Program-made: the position numbers and the translations under genes
Part shown: positions 1-4,025 of the stretch, one piece after another
Numbering within the stretch: the stretch's first letter is position 1
How the letters are laid out: each line of letters begins with the position of its first letter
Source: a virus
Lineage: Duplodnaviria; Heunggongvirae; Uroviricota; Caudoviricetes
DNA length: 4,025 nt
Strand: one strand, 5' to 3'
Virus record (IMG/VR): IMGVR_UViG_2713896785_000020
The notes under the pieces: model-generated
Told to the model about the DNA's origin: nothing
Databases searched by the model: none
The model's input: the letters and a program-made list of their open reading frames with translations, nothing else

Positions 1-312
1 GCAACAAGATATCTGATGAGCGTTCTGGCCAGAGAGCTGGTTGCCAGTGGCGATGTATACAATTCTGGCTACGGGTTATTCCCGTCTGAACAGGCTCGTA
101 AAGACTGGCAAAATGCCCGCAAAAAACTCTCAAGGGCAAAGCTGAAGAAACCATCTGCGGTTGATCCGGACCTTATCTGGTCATTACCAGATGGCGAAAT
201 ACGCCGCTACGACAGGCGTCTGAACATAATCTGTCTCGAGTGCCGGAAGAGCGAAGTTATGCAGCGCGTACTGGCGTTTTATCAGGGGAATTTTGAGGAG
301 GTGGTGCGGTGA
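1..312 (+). CDS. hypothetical protein, probably 5'-truncated by the window edge
   Basis: Frame is open from position 1 to TGA at 310-312. The first in-frame ATG (16) has no Shine-Dalgarno sequence upstream, so the true start is probably outside the window. Its stop overlaps the GTG start of the next gene (GTGA), a typical translational-coupling arrangement. Contains a CxxC pair (..IICLECRK..). No family recognised. Confidence 0.55.
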   Translation, partial: ATRYLMSVLARELVASGDVYNSGYGLFPSEQARKDWQNARKKLSRAKLKKPSAVDPDLIWSLPDGEIRRYDRRLNIICLECRKSEVMQRVLAFYQGNFEEVVR

Positions 313-563
313 GTGAATCAAAATGCCAGGTTAATGGCAACAAGATAGAACCATGTGCAGCACTGGCAAAGTCCCTTGAGCATGATGCTGAATACACGAT
401 GCGAAAAGGTCTGCTGATATACAAAATCTGGAATGAGAGTTTAACTCGCGGTCCTGATTTTGTGATGTTGCGTTCCGGTGAATTTTCTAAATTACCAGTT
501 CGGGTTTCATTTTGTCCGTTCTGTGGTGAAAGTCTGAAAACGTGGGAGAACAGAAATGAATGA
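309..563 (+). CDS. small hypothetical protein with four Cys (C-x9-C ... C-x2-C), possible zinc-ribbon type; GTG start
   Basis: GTG at 309 is preceded by GAGGAGG (295-301) with a 7-nt spacer. 84 codons. Cys at residues 6, 16, 69, 72. Its stop TGA (561-563) overlaps the next ATG (ATGAATGA). No family recognised. Confidence 0.6.
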   Translation: MSESKCQVNGNKIEPCAALAKSLEHDAEYTMRKGLLIYKIWNESLTRGPDFVMLRSGEFSKLPVRVSFCPFCGESLKTWENRNE

Positions 564-798
564 AATTAAAGAAACACCAGTAGTACGTGATGAATATGGC
601 TGCTGGACGCATCCTGAATATGAAAAATTCTGTGACGGTCGGGAATATATTTCAACGGAAGAGTTTAACGCCTGGATGGAGGAAAATAATCTTCAATANN
701 NNNNNNNNNNNNNNNNNNNNNNNNNNNNNNNNNNNNNNNNNNNNNNNNAACTAAATACTGAAGATTTAAATCAGAAACGATTTTTATTAAATCCTTAA
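556..798 (+). CDS. hypothetical protein; body interrupted by the N run, so the 3' end and length are unverified
   Basis: ATG at 556 is preceded by GGGAGA (544-549) with a 6-nt spacer. 47 clean codons (MNEIKETPVVRDEYGCWTHPEYEKFCDGREYISTEEFNAWMEENNLQ) before the N run. The stop at 796-798 is valid only if the N run preserves frame, which is not guaranteed (see the hok evidence). Confidence 0.45.
   Translation: MNEIKETPVVRDEYGCWTHPEYEKFCDGREYISTEEFNAWMEENNLQXXXXXXXXXXXXXXXXXXLNTEDLNQKRFLLNP
699..748. other. run of 50 N (unknown or masked sequence)
   Basis: Literal n characters in the sequence. True length of the hidden segment is unknown. Confidence 0.95.
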
Positions 799-983
799 CC
801 GGAGGGATTCTGCACCCTCAGAACATCAGGAGACCGTCTGAAAGGGCGGAACAGATAATGCTTACGTTGAAACATTTTATCGACATACCAACATGGTTAG
901 CCGTCATTGCTTTTGTTAAAATACACATCCACTTTTCTGTGCAATGTTTAACCACTGGTCATATCAAATGGCATTCATGCGAA

Positions 984-1002
984 CCATGATATAGAATCAT
1001 GG
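984..1002. repeat. inverted repeat CCATGAT-ATAGA-ATCATGG, 33 bp upstream of the 1035 start codon; possible operator overlapping a -10-like TAGAAT
   Basis: Seven-bp perfect arms (984-990 and 996-1002) around a 5-bp spacer. TAGAAT at 992-997 lies inside it. Function is inferred from position only. Confidence 0.35.
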
Positions 1003-1034
1003 CTTGAGAGAGTCGATGAAAGCGCAACTATGGT

Positions 1035-1613
1035 ATGAGAGACATTGATGTAAGAAAGGCTGTGCATGCCAAGATTCTGAGAGATCATCATAAAGATCCT
1101 GACACCCTAATCATTGATGAGTTTACGATGAATCTAGGGGCTAGCAGAGCTGATATAGCAGTGATCAATGGGCTTATACATGGTTATGAGTTGAAGAGCA
1201 AGAGTGATAACTTGCTCAGATTACCAGCGCAGGTGCAACATTACTCATCAGTGATGGATAAAGTAACTTTGGTTGTCTCTGATTGCCATCTTTATGATGC
1301 TTTAAGCATAGTTCCATCATGGTGGGGGATAAAGCAAGTTACGCAAGGTGCACGGCAAGGTATCCATTTAAAAACAATTCGAACTAGCAAGTTGAATCCA
1401 CAAGTGGACAAACTTTCCTTAACAATGCTTCTTTGGAAAGATGAATTGCTTTCCCTATTAAGTGATGTAGGGGAGCTACAGAATTTGAAAAATAAACCTA
1501 AACGCGTCTTATGGTCAAAACTCGCCAATAGTATGGATGTTGGCGAGCTTCGTGAAGCTGTTCGAGTTAAACTTAAAGCCCGTAAAGAGTGGCGAGTTGC
1601 TCAACAACCTTAG
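1035..1613 (+). CDS. PD-(D/E)xK nuclease-fold protein, sce7726-like small partner protein
   Basis: 192-codon ORF; ATG 1035 is the first start after an in-frame TGA at 1017-1019. N-terminal region shows the classic arrangement ..LIIDEF.. (E29), ..RADIAVI.. (D40), ..GYELKS.. (E52-x-K54), i.e. acidic residues on consecutive predicted strands followed by ExK. Weak Shine-Dalgarno. Family assignment is from remembered motifs, not a search. Confidence 0.7.
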   Translation: MRDIDVRKAVHAKILRDHHKDPDTLIIDEFTMNLGASRADIAVINGLIHGYELKSKSDNLLRLPAQVQHYSSVMDKVTLVVSDCHLYDALSIVPSWWGIKQVTQGARQGIHLKTIRTSKLNPQVDKLSLTMLLWKDELLSLLSDVGELQNLKNKPKRVLWSKLANSMDVGELREAVRVKLKARKEWRVAQQP

Positions 1614-2670
1614 TTATGTGATGGTTTTGCCCAATCCTACGCCATACCTCTGGGCTACCAAATTTATAGTTACCAGAGGGATTGGCTTTGTAGGCTTGAT
1701 ACTCGTTTGCATAATATTCTATGTCTCTATCTCCCGCACAGAATGTAGGCCCTGAATATTCTCGATGAGCAAGAATATCCTCACTATGTTTACCATATTG
1801 TTCATAACCAAAGCGATTAGCTACTCTTCCTCGAAATACCCAAAAGTCATTATCTCCAGAGTATCTGACGCTGGCAGATACGCTAGGGAATCGCGTCGAA
1901 AGCCTATTAAAGTCGGGGTGCTGTACTCCATAATCACTATAAATCACATTTCTGGCAAGTTCTTTTCTATTCATTAAACTCTGCCATAAAATCCACTCGA
2001 TTCGAGGTTGAGAATATAGACCAACAGAAATATCACTGAGATCTGTAGGAAATGAACCCCCAGAAAGAATCACTTTTCTGTATTCATTGAGGTGCGCCAG
2101 ATTGTTTATCAATCCCATTGCCAAAGTATATAGTTCGCCGGAATTAATTTTATCCTCGGTTAACTCATCTCTTAAGTCAATAATTATATCAATATTTGAT
2201 AAAGGAATTCCCAGATGATTAATGTAATGCGTTATTAATTGTGGGTTAACCAGATCTAACGTGGTTAATCTCAAGCATATTTCATTCTGCATTAATTCAT
2301 CAATCGCTCTTTTATAGTTAGATGGGCGAGTTGGTGAACTGACAGGAATAACTCTTATCCCCATATCTCTAACTTGATTAACCGCATTTATTATAGGGTA
2401 ATGATCTTCAGGAGAAATAAAATGCTCTTCAATTAATAATCCATCAATATAAACACCTTGCATATCTGAGCAAGATTTTGAGACTTTCTTTCCGAACTCT
2501 ATAAGAGTCTCGTTATAACTCTTTAAGGCAATACCTGAATCAGGGTCAATTGGCACTGGTTCAATTTCGAGTAATGGCAAAATTTTTGATTTCTTTTCAA
2601 TGGATAGCTGCGATAAAGCTGATAACTCAGAACGTTTCGCTTTCAGAATAGGAATATATGAAATTGTCAT
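1573..2670 (-). CDS. Beta-protein family protein (sce7725-like; as I recall, Pfam Beta_protein PF14350)
   Basis: 365-codon ORF on the minus strand. Start ATG (complement of 2668-2670) is preceded by AAGG with a 7-nt spacer. The N-terminus MTISYIPILKAKRSELSAL matches the conserved Y-x-P-I-L-K-x-K-x-x-E start I associate with Beta-protein/sce7725-type proteins. Very AT-rich coding sequence. Confidence 0.8.
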   Translation of the reverse strand: MTISYIPILKAKRSELSALSQLSIEKKSKILPLLEIEPVPIDPDSGIALKSYNETLIEFGKKVSKSCSDMQGVYIDGLLIEEHFISPEDHYPIINAVNQVRDMGIRVIPVSSPTRPSNYKRAIDELMQNEICLRLTTLDLVNPQLITHYINHLGIPLSNIDIIIDLRDELTEDKINSGELYTLAMGLINNLAHLNEYRKVILSGGSFPTDLSDISVGLYSQPRIEWILWQSLMNRKELARNVIYSDYGVQHPDFNRLSTRFPSVSASVRYSGDNDFWVFRGRVANRFGYEQYGKHSEDILAHREYSGPTFCAGDRDIEYYANEYQAYKANPSGNYKFGSPEVWRRIGQNHHITKVVEQLATLYGL

Positions 2671-3022
2671 GTTAATACCTTATACAGAATCAATTAACAA
2701 TTAATGGTTCTTCGGACATTGAAATTTATATCGCAAAAATTGGCAAACTCTCCTCGACTACTCACTTGTGGGTATCCTGGCGTAAAAGGAATGACTTGGC
2801 AATACCCGGTGTGATCATAAGTCATTGAAAATGATCATTTTTATCAGTCTTTCTTCCATGATGAATGCTAATGCCATTTGATTTGTTGAGGTGAAAACTG
2901 TTAAAAATCAAAACGATGTAATTGAAATGAACGTTCGGTAGCATTCACGCTTTAAATGTTTCTTTTGTGCTGATTGGATGAATTTGGGTCACTTATGATG
3001 AGAGATGTTGCAGGAAAAGAAG

Positions 3023-3051
3023 TTGGCATTGATCTATTGGATAGTTAGAAT
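3023..3051 (+). promoter_or_regulatory. sigma70-type promoter of the hok/mok mRNA
   Basis: -35 TTGGCA (3023-3028), 17-bp spacer, -10 TAGAAT (3046-3051). The predicted transcript start near 3058 (GGGTGCTTGAGGCTATCTGCCTC) resembles the 5' end of the plasmid R1 hok mRNA as I remember it. Confidence 0.45.
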
Positions 3052-3109
3052 TGCTGCGGGTGCTTGAGGCTATCTGCCTCAGGCATGAACACCAAAAGGC
3101 AGATAGAGA

Positions 3110-3180
3110 AAAGCCCCAGTTAACATTACGCGTCCGGCAAGACGCTTAACATTAATCTGAGGCCAATTTCATGCTTTGCA
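3110..3180 (-). ncRNA. sok: sok-like antisense RNA (antitoxin), approximate boundaries
   Basis: Minus-strand promoter-like elements at the position expected for sok: -35 TTGCCT (complement of 3209-3214), 17-bp spacer, -10 TAACCT (complement of 3186-3191). The transcript would be antisense to the mok Shine-Dalgarno/start region. The 3' end is not defined by a clear terminator, so coordinates are approximate. Confidence 0.4.
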
Positions 3181-3313
3181 CATGTAGGTTAGCCTCTTAC
3201 GTGCCGAAAGGCAAGGAGAAGCAGGCTATGAAGCAGCAAANNNNNNNNNNNNNNNNNNNNNNNNNNNNNNNNNNNNNNNNNNNNNNNNNNCAGCTTACGA
3301 ACCTGAGGAGTAA
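3171..3313 (+). CDS. mok: mok-like reading frame: in-frame N-terminal extension of hok (MLCTCRLASYVPKGKEKQA-MKQQ..), interrupted by N run
   Basis: ATG 3171 is preceded by GAGG (3156-3159) and is in frame with hok ATG 3228, with no stop between. This resembles chromosomal MokC as I recall it (MLNTCRVPLTDRKVKEKRA-MKQHKAM..). Body hidden by N run 3241-3290. Confidence 0.4.
3228..3313 (+). CDS. hok: Hok/Gef family type I toxin (HokC/HokD-like); most of the CDS is hidden by the N run
   Basis: AAGGAG at 3213-3218, then ATG 3228 reading MKQQ before the N run. After the run the frame reads ..AYEPEE then TAA (3311-3313), a Hok-family C-terminus. The surrounding leader and 3' UTR are homologous in layout to hok/sok. 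ATG-to-stop is 86 nt, not a multiple of 3, so the N run does not preserve the true length. Confidence 0.75.
3241..3290. other. run of 50 N inside hok; hidden segment is not length-preserving
   Basis: Literal n characters. The hok start and stop on either side are out of frame with each other across the run, and a Hok of about 50 aa would need roughly 120 hidden nt rather than 50. Confidence 0.9.
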
Positions 3314-3320
3314 GAGACCC

Positions 3321-3375
3321 GGCGAGGGAGAAATCCCTCGCCACCTCTGATGTGTCAGGCATCCTCAATGCACCC
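3321..3375 (+). promoter_or_regulatory. structured hok 3' UTR: perfect 9-bp hairpin plus fbi-like element complementary to the mRNA 5' end
   Basis: GGCGAGGGA (3321-3329), loop GAAA, TCCCTCGCC (3334-3342). CCTCAATGCACCC (3363-3375) is complementary to GGGTGCTTGAGG (3058-3069) with a one-nucleotide bulge, as expected for hok mRNA fold-back inhibition. Confidence 0.5.
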
Positions 3376-3381
3376 GCACTT

Positions 3382-3407
3382 AACCCGCTTCGGCGGGTTT
3401 ATTTTAT
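3382..3407 (+). terminator. intrinsic (rho-independent) terminator of the hok transcript
   Basis: AACCCGC (3382-3388), loop TTCG, GCGGGTT (3393-3399), followed by a T-rich tract TTATTTTAT. Confidence 0.7.
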
Positions 3408-3692
3408 CTGTAAATATTTTTATAAAAATAATGCCCACACACAGCATAAAACAAAAAGTATCACAGATAAAAAAGGAGCGTAATGTGCAGATTTGTTGTT
3501 TTCCATATTTACTCACTTTAACATAATCAATATTGATATGGTTGTTGTTTCGGTGGTTTCAAACGAGATGTTATGGTGATCTGGTAAAATTGCATAACAT
3601 TAAAATTTAATTTATCTAATCGCTTTTAATAATAAGCGTTGTGTTTATCCCAACAATCTGTTGTTTGACTTTTATTCCATTAATGTAGGGGC

Positions 3693-3720
3693 TTTACACT
3701 GGAACCAGTTTATTTATACT
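3693..3720 (+). promoter_or_regulatory. candidate sigma70 promoter for the downstream ORF
   Basis: -35 TTTACA (3693-3698), 16-bp spacer, -10 TATACT (3715-3720), about 50 bp upstream of ATG 3772. Sequence match only. Confidence 0.25.
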
Positions 3721-3771
3721 TTATACGCCAGCCTGAACAACTGGCACCTGCTGCGCCAGCAGAGACAACCG

Positions 3772-4025
3772 ATGGCGCACGATACCAAATTACACAATTC
3801 TGATGATTCTGCCGTCTTTGCCAGCAGGTGCGGACGGCGTTTTCATGCATTCAAATCGGACTGGTTCCAGCATCCACCATGCACTGAAGAGCAGGCTGAA
3901 TGGATAATTCAGTGTTACCGCAGGCGCGGATACGAGGTTAAAAAAGCCCTTAGCCTCGACTACCGTCACTGGATAATCTCCGTCAGGCTTCCTTACTCCG
4001 AACGCCCACCGCGTCCGTCCCGCAC
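3772..4025 (+). CDS. hypothetical protein, 3'-truncated by the window edge (MAHDTKLHNSDDSAVFASRCGRRFHAFKSDWFQHPPCTEEQAEWIIQCYRRRGYEV..)
   Basis: First ATG after an in-frame stop at 3601-3603; open to the window end (84 codons). Preferred because the AT-rich promoter-like spacer lies upstream. The mirror frame on the minus strand is also open from the window end down to a stop at 3790-3792, so strand assignment is not secure. Several rare codons (AGG, ATA). Confidence 0.35.
   Translation, partial: MAHDTKLHNSDDSAVFASRCGRRFHAFKSDWFQHPPCTEEQAEWIIQCYRRRGYEVKKALSLDYRHWIISVRLPYSERPPRPSR

Noticed and set aside
802-819. Hairpin GAGGG-n8-CCCTC after the third small gene, considered as a terminator
   Set aside because: Only a 5-bp stem and no downstream T tract, so it does not meet intrinsic-terminator criteria.
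1292-1528. 78-aa ORF on the minus strand
   Set aside because: Lies entirely antisense within the 192-aa PD-(D/E)xK gene, with no recognisable ribosome-binding site and a low-complexity product. Most likely a shadow ORF.
1537-1755. 72-aa ORF on the plus strand
   Set aside because: Overlaps the 3' ends of both cassette genes in a different frame. Better explained as a chance ORF across the convergent overlap.
1765-1977. 70-aa ORF on the plus strand
   Set aside because: Entirely antisense to the well-supported 365-aa Beta-protein gene, in AT-rich sequence where shadow ORFs are common.
966-2879. Interpreting the mirrored AAATGGCATT motifs as insertion-sequence terminal inverted repeats
   Set aside because: No transposase or recombinase ORF lies between them, no flanking direct target duplication was found, and a 10-nt match is within chance expectation. 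Kept only as a low-interest finding.
3228-3313. Calling the toxin specifically hokD/relF
   Set aside because: The MKQQ start and AYEPEE end resemble HokD, but hokD sits downstream of relBE in the Qin prophage and there is no relE-like gene upstream here. Only the family call is supported.
3793-4025. Mirror-frame ORF on the minus strand, open from the window edge to a stop at 3790-3792
   Set aside because: Cannot be excluded, but it would leave a 380-bp AT-rich, promoter-like region as a convergent 3' spacer, which is atypical. The + strand ORF with an upstream promoter candidate was preferred, at low confidence.
1-4025. CRISPR array, tRNA, rRNA
   Set aside because: No regularly spaced direct repeats, and no sequence with tRNA-like or rRNA-like features was recognised on either strand.

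Overview
4,025-bp window with two 50-nt N runs (699-748, 3241-3290). It reads like an accessory or mobile region of an enterobacterial replicon (prophage, or plasmid leading region). All calls come from reading the sequence and from remembered family features; no searches were run. In order: (1) three small + strand genes that are translationally coupled (GTGA and ATGAATGA stop/start overlaps, strong Shine-Dalgarno sites), the first open to the 5' window edge. (2) A markedly AT-rich two-gene cassette of convergent genes whose 3' ends overlap by 41 nt: a 192-aa protein with a PD-(D/E)xK nuclease-type motif (+, 1035-1613) and a 365-aa protein with a Beta-protein/sce7725-like N-terminus (-, 1573-2670). 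This is my top candidate for an uncharacterised defence/conflict module. (3) A hok/mok/sok type I toxin-antitoxin locus (about 3023-3407) with a recognisable promoter, 5'/3' fold-back complementarity, sok promoter and intrinsic terminator; most of the hok body is hidden by an N run that is not length-preserving. (4) A roughly 360-bp AT-rich spacer, then an ORF starting at 3772 that runs off the 3' edge. No tRNA, rRNA, CRISPR array or transposase was seen.
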